This document shows, piece by piece, positions 18,525 through 28,165 of a stretch of 64,000 nucleotides of DNA. The notes under the pieces were generated by a model. That model worked only from the letters and a program-made list of their open reading frames with translations. It had not been told where the DNA came from and ran no database searches. Within the stretch, counting starts at the first letter, position 1. Each line of letters starts with the position of its first letter. The DNA comes from Acidobacteriota bacterium (GTDB lineage Bacteria > Acidobacteriota > Blastocatellia > RBC074): assembly GCA_018268995.1 (NCBI GenBank), contig JAFDVL010000097.1, positions 4,395 through 68,394 on the forward strand, in the 5' to 3' direction. The translations under genes were made by a program, and so were the position numbers.

Positions 18525-20069
18525 TTATTGAGCTGCCCAGCGCAGTGTAAACGAGTGCGGTTTTCCCTCTGCTTTAGTGCCTTCGCCAACACGGACAATC
18601 GTCGTAAAGTTATTGCTGGCCGAGGGCTGTTGAATAATGCGAATCGGCGCAGGCCCACTGGCAGCCACCAGTCGAACACTCATTGGAGCCGCAGGCATTG
18701 CTGTGCTGAACGATCCTTTCGGTTCGCGAGGCATTTCGCCCAATACGTGCTGAATAGATGTACTGGTTCCGCGAATCACAATATCGTCCACACCTTTTAC
18801 CAGTCCACGCCACGCGACGGTGCCAGAGCGTACATTGTTTGTTTCAAGTTGCGGAGCGGGTTCAACTTTGACTTGTCGTGCGGCTTCAGCTTTGCGTTGT
18901 TCTTCTGCTCGTTGTTCGGCTTCTTCTTTTTCGCGTTGCTTCTGTCGCTCTTCTGCCTGCTTGCGAAAAGCAGCTTCTTCTTCGTTTTGCAGAACTGCGG
19001 ATTGCTGACGGCGTAAGCGTTCTGCTTCTTTGGCGGCTTCCAGCTTGGCGGTTTCATCCGCAGTTCGTTGCGCTACGATCTGAGTATTCTGTTGCTCAAT
19101 GCGTAGTCGCTCTTCTTCTGCACGCTTTGCGCCTTCGGCTAAATCCCGTTTCAGTGCCTCCTCCAGGCGTTTGGCTTCAACCGGGTTGACTTGCGGGAAC
19201 ATGACCGGCCCATTGGGAGTGCTGGTGCCGCTCGGCCCGGTCTGGAATCCTTTGACCATCAGGCTATTCACTACTTTCTTGATGCCAGTCAGCGGTTTGA
19301 TGACGTTTTCAGCTCCCTCTTTCTCCATCTGGGTCTGCACTTCGCCGCTTAGGGTAACGACCCCGTCTTTCACGTCTACTTTGTAGCGTGTCGTGGCCGC
19401 CGTGGGATTATAAGCCGTCAGAATCTGCTTAATATTATCTGTCAGCGCCTGATCACCAGAAATGGCGGCGATTGCCGCAGGAGAAGTCTCTGCCGCTGGT
19501 GCAACCGAATCAACAGGCGTGACGGGGATTGAGCGCAGGCGCAGCTCCTCGCGTCTTTCGGCTGCCAATCGTACTTCATCGTTTTTTTGCCGTTGCCAGA
19601 TTAAGTATCCGACCACCGTGAAGAATAAGAGCAAAGACCCGCCCACAATCAGCAGCTTTTTTTGTGAATCAGTCAAGAGCGGGAACCTATGCCTGCTTGC
19701 TCCTTCTTCCTCCTGTGGAATCACCACCATTTCCGTTTTGGTCCATTGCGGAATGGCTTCTGTCGTAGGCGTCGCAATTTTTCGTTTTAACTCCTGAATA
19801 GTTTTCTCAAACGATTCATCCTTAACGGGACTTGCCAGTACGGCGGCTTCCGGTTCAATCTGTTGAATTTTCACGGAAGGCGGAATCGGCGCAGCTTGTG
19901 GTTTGTCGGGTGCTTCGCTAATCACATGCGTTTCGCCATATTGATCATCATCATGTGCGGAAACGAAGAGATCCAGCGCTTGTTCAAGTTGTGCCAACGA
20001 TTCATCCAATGTCGGAGCAGATGCTGCTCCTGAATTATCGCCAGATGACCGGTTTGCGTTCGTAGCCAT
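18525..20069 (-). CDS. Membrane protein with a BON domain and an E/K/R/A-rich coiled coil
   Basis: It has a TM segment (LLIVGGSLLLFFTVVGYLIW). The BON-like segment is YKVDVKDGVVTLSGEVQTQMEKEGAENVIKPLTGIKKVVNSL. A charged low-complexity stretch reads AEERQKQREKEEAEQRAEEQRKAEAA. Confidence 0.7.
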   Translation of the reverse strand: MATNANRSSGDNSGAASAPTLDESLAQLEQALDLFVSAHDDDQYGETHVISEAPDKPQAAPIPPSVKIQQIEPEAAVLASPVKDESFEKTIQELKRKIATPTTEAIPQWTKTEMVVIPQEEEGASRHRFPLLTDSQKKLLIVGGSLLLFFTVVGYLIWQRQKNDEVRLAAERREELRLRSIPVTPVDSVAPAAETSPAAIAAISGDQALTDNIKQILTAYNPTAATTRYKVDVKDGVVTLSGEVQTQMEKEGAENVIKPLTGIKKVVNSLMVKGFQTGPSGTSTPNGPVMFPQVNPVEAKRLEEALKRDLAEGAKRAEEERLRIEQQNTQIVAQRTADETAKLEAAKEAERLRRQQSAVLQNEEEAAFRKQAEERQKQREKEEAEQRAEEQRKAEAARQVKVEPAPQLETNNVRSGTVAWRGLVKGVDDIVIRGTSTSIQHVLGEMPREPKGSFSTAMPAAPMSVRLVAASGPAPIRIIQQPSASNNFTTIVRVGEGTKAEGKPHSFTLRWAAQ

Positions 20070-20092
20070 GTAATACCTCGTGAGGATTAGGG

Positions 20093-20854
20093 CTAAATTG
20101 TATTCCTTCGTAGTTCCAAATTTAGGGGGCGCAAGACAACTTCACTCATCCACGCCTGCGCGGGTTGTTCCAGCATTGCAAGAATGACAGAAGCAACCTC
20201 ATTTGCCGTAAGAGCATAACCGATTTCACGTTGCTTGGGGGGATCTGATTGAGCTACTCCCTCACGTTTCGCGGTTTGAGAGAAATTGGTAGCCACTGAT
20301 CCAGGGAGAAGAGCCGCCACGCGAATATTATCATTTCGTACTTCGAGTGCAAGTGATTCTGTGAATCCAATCACGCCAAATTTTGATGCACAGTATGCCG
20401 CCATCTGTTTGATGCCGTTGTGACCCGCGCCTGAAGAGATATTAATGATCTGTCCGCTTTGTTGCCGTTTCATTGTTGGCAGCACAGCGCGGCAGGTTAA
20501 GAACGTTCCTGTCAGGTTGGTATCCAGCACCGTGCGCCAGTCTTCTAATGAGTAACCATCCACTTCACCATTCAGACTAAGTCCGGCGCTGTTGATCAGG
20601 ATGTCAATTTGTCCGAATTGTTCCAGCGTGGAAGAAATGGCTTTTTCGACATCATTTTCTTCCCGCAGGTCGCAGCGGATCGCTAATACGTTCTTGGCTC
20701 CACGTTCTTTGGCTTGCGCCTGAACTCTTTCAAGCTGATCTTGCGACCGGGCGAGTAGGCTAAGACGTGTGCCACGTTCGGCTAATTGCAGCGCGGTTGC
20801 TTCACCGATGCCGGAAGATGCTCCTGTAATGATTGCTACCGCATTGCTCAGCAT
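20093..20854 (-). CDS. Short-chain dehydrogenase/reductase (SDR) family oxidoreductase
   Basis: It carries the TGASSGIGEA cofactor motif, NSAG and the YCASK catalytic motif. Confidence 0.9.
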   Translation of the reverse strand: MLSNAVAIITGASSGIGEATALQLAERGTRLSLLARSQDQLERVQAQAKERGAKNVLAIRCDLREENDVEKAISSTLEQFGQIDILINSAGLSLNGEVDGYSLEDWRTVLDTNLTGTFLTCRAVLPTMKRQQSGQIINISSGAGHNGIKQMAAYCASKFGVIGFTESLALEVRNDNIRVAALLPGSVATNFSQTAKREGVAQSDPPKQREIGYALTANEVASVILAMLEQPAQAWMSEVVLRPLNLELRRNTI

Positions 20855-20856
20855 AA

Positions 20857-21543
20857 CTACTGCAAATGTTGACGGAAAAAAGTCAGCGCACGTTGCCAGG
20901 CATCCTGCGCCGCTTCAGCATTGTAAACTTCCGGGCGCGTGTCATTGAAAAAGGCGTGATCGGCTCCGTCGTAAATCTTCACTTCGCCATCTTTGCCATA
21001 TTGCTGGAACGCCTCACTTAACCGATTCATTTTCTCAACGGTAATCCATTGATCCTTTTCGCCGCCGAAAAACAATACGGGGCAGCTTAAATTTGCGATG
21101 CAGGACAGCTCATCTGGTATCCCGTAAAAGGGAACCGCTGCTTCCACCTGATAATTACAGGCTGTCAGTAGCGTGTAGACACCGCCCATGCAAAACCCGG
21201 TAACACCAACCTTTGTGACATCGCTGGAAGAGCGCAAATGATCAAGGACTGTTTCGAGTTTTGCCAGAGCTTCACCTGGATCAAGTGACGACATCAGCTT
21301 GCCTGCTTCAGCCGCATCTTTCGTTGTGACTCCGTCATAGAGATCAATCGCGACAGTTATAAAACCAGCGGCGGCGAAACGGTCGGCAATCTCTTTGATA
21401 TGCGGGTTCAACCCCCACCATTCGTGAATCAGAATAAGAGCTGGCGCTGATGTTATATTCGCCGGGCGCGCAAGATAGGCGTGTACCTGCGGTTGTGCGC
21501 TAAAAGTTGTTTCGGACGCAGTGATCGGTAGTTCTGTTGTCAT
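20857..21543 (-). CDS. Dienelactone hydrolase family protein
   Basis: It has the nucleophile elbow VGVTGFCMGG and the motif ADHAFFND. The start was moved to ATG 21543 (MTTELPI...), since the upstream part of the listed ORF looks non-coding. Confidence 0.85.
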   Translation of the reverse strand: MTTELPITASETTFSAQPQVHAYLARPANITSAPALILIHEWWGLNPHIKEIADRFAAAGFITVAIDLYDGVTTKDAAEAGKLMSSLDPGEALAKLETVLDHLRSSSDVTKVGVTGFCMGGVYTLLTACNYQVEAAVPFYGIPDELSCIANLSCPVLFFGGEKDQWITVEKMNRLSEAFQQYGKDGEVKIYDGADHAFFNDTRPEVYNAEAAQDAWQRALTFFRQHLQ

Positions 21544-21823
21544 AGCATTTTGGTAATGAGCGTGCCCCACTTGATTAAGTTGACCGCTGGGGCGTAGGAT
21601 TTGAATTAGACGTGAAACAATCTCATTTGGACTAAAAAAATATACCGAGAAGTGGGGACTTGCGCAAGCAGCTTTCCATCGCAATAGCTTTCGTTTCGGT
21701 AGTAACTTTCCTGCCTGTCATGGGCGGAAATGGGTAATGGCAGCGAAGTTTGCCAGAATGTATTGTGGTCATCAATGAAAAAATAGCAGATGGCTGTTGG
21801 CGAACCTTACGCTGTGGAGGAGT

Positions 21824-22816
21824 ATGCTTCATATCACCAATGGCGATAGTGCAGCGGACTTGATTAAGGATGCCGTTTTTTCAGGACAAATCTTGTCCTG
21901 GCGGGATGTTTTGCACGAAGGGCCAGTGCCAGCCGGATTATCCCTCACCCAATTAAGCGATGTGCGCGCCAGCTATATTGCCGCGCAGGGCTGGGGCGCG
22001 CTGGCTACTGTAAAGGCTAGTTTTGCGGAACGCGATGAAACGCTGACTCGCTTTCGAGAGCATGAAGAAATCGTTTTGTGGTTTGAGCATGACCTATATG
22101 ATCAACTGCAATTGATCCAGTTGCTGGATTGGTTTTATGGGCGTGATCGCGGAGCCAGTCGTCTGAGCTTGATTTGCATTGGGGAATATCCGGGCATTCA
22201 TCCTTTTCACGGGCTGGGCCAGTTGAATCCTGATCAATTGGCCTCCCTGTTTCCCGTGCGACGTTCTGTGTCGCCCAAGGAAATGAAAACCGGGCATTTG
22301 GCTTGGCACGCTTTTACTTCGCCTGACCCGACTGAGATTGAAAAAATCCTTGCCACGAATATTTCAGCGCTCCCATTTTTACGAAACGCTTTGCTGCGAC
22401 ATTTGCAACAATTTCCTTCGACTACGAATGGTTTATCCCGAACTGAGCAACAAATCCTGGCTGCTGTGGCTGCTGGTCATCATGGGCCAGGCGAGATTTT
22501 TCAATATGATCAGTCGCAGGAAGAGCAGGTGTTTATGGGCGATTGGACCTTGTGGTGTTATGTGAAAGGCCTATGCGAAGGGGATCTGCCATTGCTGGCG
22601 GTTGAGAATGGCGAGTCATTTTATTTACCCTTCGATGGTCCCAGCCCTGAATTTGGGGCGCAAAAATTAGTGTTAACGGAAGCGGGACAATCCGTTCTGG
22701 CGGATGAATCTGATCACCTGGAACTGAATGGTCTTGATCGCTGGTTAGGCGGCGTGCGGCTACAATATCCAGAAGCTATCTGGCGATGGAGCGGTCATCA
22801 TCTTGTGCAGAGTTGA
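21824..22816 (+). CDS. DUF1835 (plus DUF3658-like) domain protein
   Basis: SD ggagga precedes ATG 21824. The N-terminus MLHITNGDSAADLIK is typical of DUF1835. Confidence 0.65.
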   Translation: MLHITNGDSAADLIKDAVFSGQILSWRDVLHEGPVPAGLSLTQLSDVRASYIAAQGWGALATVKASFAERDETLTRFREHEEIVLWFEHDLYDQLQLIQLLDWFYGRDRGASRLSLICIGEYPGIHPFHGLGQLNPDQLASLFPVRRSVSPKEMKTGHLAWHAFTSPDPTEIEKILATNISALPFLRNALLRHLQQFPSTTNGLSRTEQQILAAVAAGHHGPGEIFQYDQSQEEQVFMGDWTLWCYVKGLCEGDLPLLAVENGESFYLPFDGPSPEFGAQKLVLTEAGQSVLADESDHLELNGLDRWLGGVRLQYPEAIWRWSGHHLVQS

Positions 22817-23274
22817 GCCTTTATCACAGGTGTATTGAGCGCTCGACTCATTCCTTTATTTTTCCATTTTATTCTTAAAATCTTCCGCCCCTTTCCGTCA
22901 TCAATGAGACACAGTGGCTGATTATTGAGGACGCTGCTGATGCTGCGCCGCATTGATGAACGGAAATGGTGGCAGCGCGGAAAAACGCTTCGATCTGTTA
23001 TTTGCGCGCTCTGCGATTGCTTTTTTTACCCGACCTTATTTTCTGCCCTCATTCTCTTTAGGGAGATTCGGCAGAAGAAAAAGGACATTTTGATCGAAGA
23101 TTTTTTATTTTTTTCAACTGGAAAATTGTCTGGCTAGTGCTATACTGCGCGGCGTCTTCGGTCTGTAAAACTCAGTTCGCGTATTGCCAATAATAAATCC
23201 GATCACGATTTGTTCGGAAACAGAAGATTATCTAGTGGTTGTCCTCTCGCAGCCAACGCAGAGGAGGAACAAAC

Positions 23275-23880
23275 ATGAACCAGCCAGAAATCACAGAATT
23301 GCTGCATGCCTTGCACAATGGCAATCAGGATGCTTGGGAACAGCTTACGCCGCTGGTTTATGACAACCTCAAGAAAATCGCGCACAACCGTTTGCGCCGC
23401 GAACGAAACGGCCACACCTTGCAATCCACCGAAATCATTGGCGAACTGTATTTACGCCTGATGGGTGATGAGCGCGATTGGAAGGGGCGGACGCATTTTT
23501 ACGCGCACTGTTCTGTCTTGATGCGCAATATCCTGGTGGAGTGGGCGCGTTCGCGTCCACGTCGTATCGGCGTTCGCGAAGGCCAGCGCGTGACCTTCGA
23601 TAAGGCACTTGTGGTGGCTGCCGGGGAAGAAGAAAACATTATTGTGCAAATCCATGATGCCCTCAAAGACCTGGAAAAACTGTATCCACGCCAGGCGCGG
23701 GTCGTAGAACTGAAATTCTTCGGCGGGCTGACCAATGAAGAAGTCGGTACGGTTCTCGGCTATTCCTCCAAGAGCATTGGACGCGATTGGAAGTTTGCGC
23801 AGACGTGGCTCAAACGACAGATCGGAGGCGCATTACCCCATGACTTCGCAACAACTAGCACTCATTCCCGAATTATTTGA
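23275..23880 (+). CDS. ECF-type RNA polymerase sigma factor (kinase-associated ECF group)
   Basis: SD gaggagga precedes ATG 23275. The N-terminus reads ITELLHALHNGNQDAWEQLTPLVYDNLKKIAHNRLRRERNGHTLQSTEIIGELYLRL. The region 4 HTH reads FFGGLTNEEVGTVLGYSSKSIGRDWKFAQTWL. Confidence 0.9.
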   Translation: MNQPEITELLHALHNGNQDAWEQLTPLVYDNLKKIAHNRLRRERNGHTLQSTEIIGELYLRLMGDERDWKGRTHFYAHCSVLMRNILVEWARSRPRRIGVREGQRVTFDKALVVAAGEEENIIVQIHDALKDLEKLYPRQARVVELKFFGGLTNEEVGTVLGYSSKSIGRDWKFAQTWLKRQIGGALPHDFATTSTHSRII

Positions 23881-26584
23881 TCAGGCGCTTGACCTTGATC
23901 CAACCGCCCGCGAGGACTTCCTTCAACAAGCTTGTGCCGGAGATTTAGAAGTTTATCGCGAAGTGAAATCGCTGTTGGGCGAATCCTTCCAAACCGAAGA
24001 TTTTCTCAAACATTCTGCGCTGAGTCTGGCGACACGCGCCATTGCACAGGAACTCACGCCTTTGCAGCCGGGGGCCAAGCTGGGGCGATACGAAATCCTC
24101 AGTGAATTGGGCCACGGTGGCATGGGCGATGTCTTTCACGCTCGCGATGACATCGGCTTATCCGTCGCCATCAAAGTTTTACCGGATTATTTTGCGCAGG
24201 ACGCAGAGCGCGTGTCTCGTTTTGAAAGTGAAGCGCGCAAGATGGCGCAGCTACATCATCCGAATATTGCTGGAATTCACGGGCGCGACGTGACAGGCGG
24301 CTGGCGATTTCTCGTCTTGGAATATGTCGAAGGTCAGACGCTGGAAGCACGCCTGGCACAAGGCCCGTTGCCGCTGCGCGATGCGTTGAAGGTCTTTGCC
24401 CAAATCGCTGATGCTCTGGCCGCGACATATCGCAAAGACATTGTGCATCGAGACCTCAAACCTTCCAACATTATGCTCACGCCAAATCTGCAAGTGAAGT
24501 TGCTGGATTTCGGCATTGCCAAGCATTTTCATCAACTGGAAATCGAAGCAGGTGTCGCAGTGTCGAACTCTACCTGCTCCACGTTTTCAGAGACGTTGAC
24601 GTTGCCGGGCTTTACTCCGGGTACATTGCCCTACATGAGTCCAGAGCAGCGAATTGGTGGCAAGGTTGACCATACAACCGACCTCTGGGCCTTTGGTGTC
24701 GTGTTTTATGAAGCCCTGACGGGGCAAAATCCATTTCGGCGTGACACGCGTGAAGAAACGGCGAGCGCAATTTTCAGCTTCACTCCCGACTGGCAAAAGT
24801 TGCCACCAGAAACTCCGCGCTGCATTCGTGAATTGCTGCGAACTTGCCTTGCCAAAGACCCCGCACAGCGATTGCAGGACGCGGGTCAGGCGAAAGTGAT
24901 CATTACCGCAGCGCAGCGGGAATTAGATCGCGGTATCGCATTGCCAGACTGGCTCGGCAACCTGACAAAATATTTCTCGCGCCGAGTGATTCTGGGCGTT
25001 GGCTGCGTTGCTGTGCTGATTGCGGCGTATCTCGGCTGGCGTGCATATCAAAATCAGCTTTTGCGGCTCGCGGTAGTCTCATCTGACGCATCCACGTGCG
25101 AGCCTGTGAACCCTGCATCATTGGCAGCGCAACTCAACCGCCTTTCCCGCATTCGTGTGGCAACTGGTTCCGCGAATGCCAATGGCCTGACCTTGCAACT
25201 GTTGCCACGGTGTACAGGCAACGGCTCTGCAACACTGCTGAAGTTGGTAGATGCACAAGGGCTGACGATTTTTGCGCATCTGGTTGAAACGTCGGAACAA
25301 GCTTTAGCGAAACTGACGCCTGTGTTGGCCGGGCTGGCAACGCGTTATCAATCGCGTCCTTCAATGCTGAATGCACAAATAAATCTGGCCGCTCCCTCGT
25401 TTTCGGAACTGAAACCTGAAGAACAAAATATCCTCAATCTGGATAATTGGGATAACGAAACCTTGCTGAACTCGGCGATAGACCTGGTCAATAAACTGGT
25501 CGCGGAGAAAGGCAATTCGGCCACATTGCAGGCAGCGCTAAGTCGCGCGTATCTTTTCAAATTTAGAATTACGCAGGATGCCGCCGATAAGAAGAAATCC
25601 TATGATGCTTACCTGCTGGCGCTGACTATGGAACCTGATTCGGCAGATGCTTTGCTGGCCGCCGGGAATTACTACAATGTGGCTGGAGATGAGAAAGCCA
25701 AGCAGTATTTTCAGGATGTTTTGAAGCAGCGCCCATACGATGCAGAAGCTTATCGCGGCTTGGGGCGAGCGTATGAAATTACAGGAGATATGGAGTCCGC
25801 CGCCGCGAATTTTGTTTCTTCCATCATCTATCGTCCGCAATATTGGGGCGGGTATAACGAACTGGGTGCTTTTTATTTATCACACCAGCAATATCAGCTC
25901 GCGGAACTTTATCTTCTGAGCGCGGCAAAGTTGGTTGATAACCCGGTTGTGCATACCAATTTGGGGAATGCCTATTACTTGCAAGATCGTTTCTCTGAGG
26001 CATTGACGACGTATGAAAATGCCCTGAAACGCTATCCTCGTTTCGAGACCTATATTAATTGCGGGATGATTCGTTATTTTGAAGGCAAGTATCCGCAAGC
26101 AGCTGAATATTTCGGCTTGGCGAAGGAGAAAGCTCCCCAATCACCAGAGGCGTGGGGCTATCTGGGACAGGCGCTTTTCTGGATAAACAATCGTCGCGCC
26201 GAAAGCCAGAATGCTTTGCGTCAGGCGGTACAACTGGCCGGAAGTCAGCTACAGAACAATATTGATCCTACCGATAAAGCCATGATGACGGCGCTACAGG
26301 CGTTGTGGTTAGCCGTTCTCGGACAACATCAGGAAGCAATGCAGGCAATTAATTCTGTCCTGCCTGCTTCGACAGCACCGAACGTCCAAGATCACCTCGA
26401 CATCGTCGAACAGGCGATCCCGATTTTTCACTTAGCCAAACAGGATGAACTTGCACTCACCTGGATCGAACGCTTTTTGAAAAGTGGTGGTAAGGTACGC
26501 TCGCTTGAACGAGAACCGCTAATCGCATCACTTCGCACCGATCCTCGTTACCTCAGAATCGTTGCCCCGTACCAAAATACTTAA
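23840..26584 (+). CDS. Ser/Thr protein kinase with one TM segment and a C-terminal TPR domain
   Basis: Kinase motifs are LGHGGMGDVF, VAIK, HRDLKPSNIM, DFG and PYMSPE. The TM segment is VILGVGCVAVLIAAYLGW. The C-terminal half contains TPR-like repeats. Its start overlaps the sigma gene by 41 nt. Confidence 0.9.
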   Translation: MTSQQLALIPELFDQALDLDPTAREDFLQQACAGDLEVYREVKSLLGESFQTEDFLKHSALSLATRAIAQELTPLQPGAKLGRYEILSELGHGGMGDVFHARDDIGLSVAIKVLPDYFAQDAERVSRFESEARKMAQLHHPNIAGIHGRDVTGGWRFLVLEYVEGQTLEARLAQGPLPLRDALKVFAQIADALAATYRKDIVHRDLKPSNIMLTPNLQVKLLDFGIAKHFHQLEIEAGVAVSNSTCSTFSETLTLPGFTPGTLPYMSPEQRIGGKVDHTTDLWAFGVVFYEALTGQNPFRRDTREETASAIFSFTPDWQKLPPETPRCIRELLRTCLAKDPAQRLQDAGQAKVIITAAQRELDRGIALPDWLGNLTKYFSRRVILGVGCVAVLIAAYLGWRAYQNQLLRLAVVSSDASTCEPVNPASLAAQLNRLSRIRVATGSANANGLTLQLLPRCTGNGSATLLKLVDAQGLTIFAHLVETSEQALAKLTPVLAGLATRYQSRPSMLNAQINLAAPSFSELKPEEQNILNLDNWDNETLLNSAIDLVNKLVAEKGNSATLQAALSRAYLFKFRITQDAADKKKSYDAYLLALTMEPDSADALLAAGNYYNVAGDEKAKQYFQDVLKQRPYDAEAYRGLGRAYEITGDMESAAANFVSSIIYRPQYWGGYNELGAFYLSHQQYQLAELYLLSAAKLVDNPVVHTNLGNAYYLQDRFSEALTTYENALKRYPRFETYINCGMIRYFEGKYPQAAEYFGLAKEKAPQSPEAWGYLGQALFWINNRRAESQNALRQAVQLAGSQLQNNIDPTDKAMMTALQALWLAVLGQHQEAMQAINSVLPASTAPNVQDHLDIVEQAIPIFHLAKQDELALTWIERFLKSGGKVRSLEREPLIASLRTDPRYLRIVAPYQNT

Positions 26585-26605
26585 GCCCAACTAAGGAGTA
26601 TTATC

Positions 26606-26977
26606 ATGGCCCAAAAGACAGTCTCGATTGTAATTAACCGCCTTGCTGACGGGACAACCGAAATCACACTCATCCCTGAAACGACAATTCTTGAAGAAGG
26701 GGACACGCTGCAATTTGAAGCTTTTATCGCGCCGGAATTAGAAGACGAGGCTCCGCGTGCGGTCTTTGAGGAAGATGGACTTTCATTCACGGAATCTGAA
26801 GTTGAACTTCATTCCATTGCTCCGCCACCGCCACCTGATGGAGCGATTCCAATGAATGAAGGCGACGATCTGATTGATGTTTCCGCAGACGATGTGGTGA
26901 GCGAGCACGTGTATTCTGTGCAACTAGACGGTGGTGCGTTGCAATCCGGGCGGATCAAAATTATCCGTCAACAATAG
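26606..26977 (+). CDS. Hypothetical acidic protein, 123 aa
   Basis: A strong SD (aaggag) lies 21 nt after the kinase stop. The protein is rich in D and E and contains a PPPPP stretch. No family was recognised. Confidence 0.55.
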   Translation: MAQKTVSIVINRLADGTTEITLIPETTILEEGDTLQFEAFIAPELEDEAPRAVFEEDGLSFTESEVELHSIAPPPPPDGAIPMNEGDDLIDVSADDVVSEHVYSVQLDGGALQSGRIKIIRQQ

Positions 26978-27020
26978 TGACGGTGCGCATTGGAATGTTG
27001 GAAGGCGTTGGGATGGGAAT

Positions 27021-27998
27021 TTATCGCGCCGCTTGCTGCGCCAGAATCCCTGCGCCGATGACGCCTGCTTCTGAGGCGAGTTGGGCGGCGATGAACTCGC
27101 AATCCGAATAAGCTTCGGCGAAAGACCGACGCTTCGCTTCATCTGCAATTGCCGGAAGCAACAACGAACGTGCTGCCGTATTGCCTGCTACCACAACCAT
27201 TGACAGGTTCAGCATGTTGATCATGTCCGCCACCACCATGCCGATAAAATGGCCGGTGCGATTCATCATCAGCAGGGCTAAATCGTCGCCATTGTGCGCG
27301 GCTTCGATAATGTCGTCGTAGGTGAAATCTTTGTCGTGCTTTTCAAACTCAGAAAGCACTGAGGTTTTATCGCGTTCGAGCCGTGCGTGCGTGCGGCGGA
27401 CGATGTTATGTGCCGAGCAAATGGTTTCCAGACAGCCTCGGCTGCCACAGGAACATTCCAGCCCTTCCGGGTCAACGTTCATATGTCCGATTTCTCCGGC
27501 ATAGCCTGATTTGCCGCGTCGCAATCTCCCATCCAGCACTAAGCCCGCGCCCACACCGTGGCCAATGCGAACGTAAAGAAAATCACCCACATTTTGCGCG
27601 CCCCCGAATTTCATTTCGGCAACCGTTGCGGCATTGGTGTTGTTCTCAAACACGACCGGGACATTGAATGCTTCAACGAATTCTTGATGCAGATCAATTT
27701 CTGCCAGACTCGGCGTATTCGGCATTCGCACCACACGCTGTGTTGTATGGTTTACCAAACCCGGAAAACCGATACCAATCCCTCCAAGCGGCGCGTCAAG
27801 TTCGGCGACGGTCTGTTTGGCAATCGTCAGCAAGCGATCTGCCAGCGCGCGACCATCAATGTTACTGCGGTAAAAATGATGCGGCTCGCGCCGAAAATTC
27901 GACAGATTTCCTGCTGCGTCAATAATGCCAGAACGAATGTGACGACTGCTGAGGTCAATCCCAAGATAGACAGCGTTGGAAGGGGTTTCACTTGTCAT
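27021..27998 (-). CDS. ROK family sugar kinase or regulator
   Basis: It has the N-terminal motif YLGIDLSSRHIRSG, the segment GHGVGAGLVLDGRL and the Zn motif GHMNVDPEGLECSCGSRGCLE. Confidence 0.88.
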   Translation of the reverse strand: MTSETPSNAVYLGIDLSSRHIRSGIIDAAGNLSNFRREPHHFYRSNIDGRALADRLLTIAKQTVAELDAPLGGIGIGFPGLVNHTTQRVVRMPNTPSLAEIDLHQEFVEAFNVPVVFENNTNAATVAEMKFGGAQNVGDFLYVRIGHGVGAGLVLDGRLRRGKSGYAGEIGHMNVDPEGLECSCGSRGCLETICSAHNIVRRTHARLERDKTSVLSEFEKHDKDFTYDDIIEAAHNGDDLALLMMNRTGHFIGMVVADMINMLNLSMVVVAGNTAARSLLLPAIADEAKRRSFAEAYSDCEFIAAQLASEAGVIGAGILAQQAAR

Positions 27999-28052
27999 AA
28001 TCTCACCAAACTGGCGCGACTATAACAACGGCAGTTAGCGACTGTCAATTTA

Positions 28053-28165
28053 GTCATTGGTCATTGGTCATTCGTCCTTTGTTCTTGGCCAGTGGTTTTA
28101 TGGGGAGGAATAACCTCGTGCTGGCTGATGAATTCCGAAGGTAAAGGATGGATGACCAATGATGA
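28053..28165. repeat. Heptad-periodic hairpin element (GTCATTG repeats)
   Basis: The 5' arm runs gtcattg gtcattg gtcattc gtccttt gttcttg. The 3' arm is aaaggatggatgaccaatgatga. The stem is 10 + 6 bp with a 3-nt internal loop. It lies between the aminotransferase stop and the ROK start. Confidence 0.55.

Noticed and set aside
22925-23137. 70-aa ORF in the 458-nt spacer upstream of the ECF sigma gene
   Set aside because: It has no SD and lies in AT-rich, low-complexity sequence. Its composition is unlike neighbouring genes. The region is more likely promoter or leader DNA.
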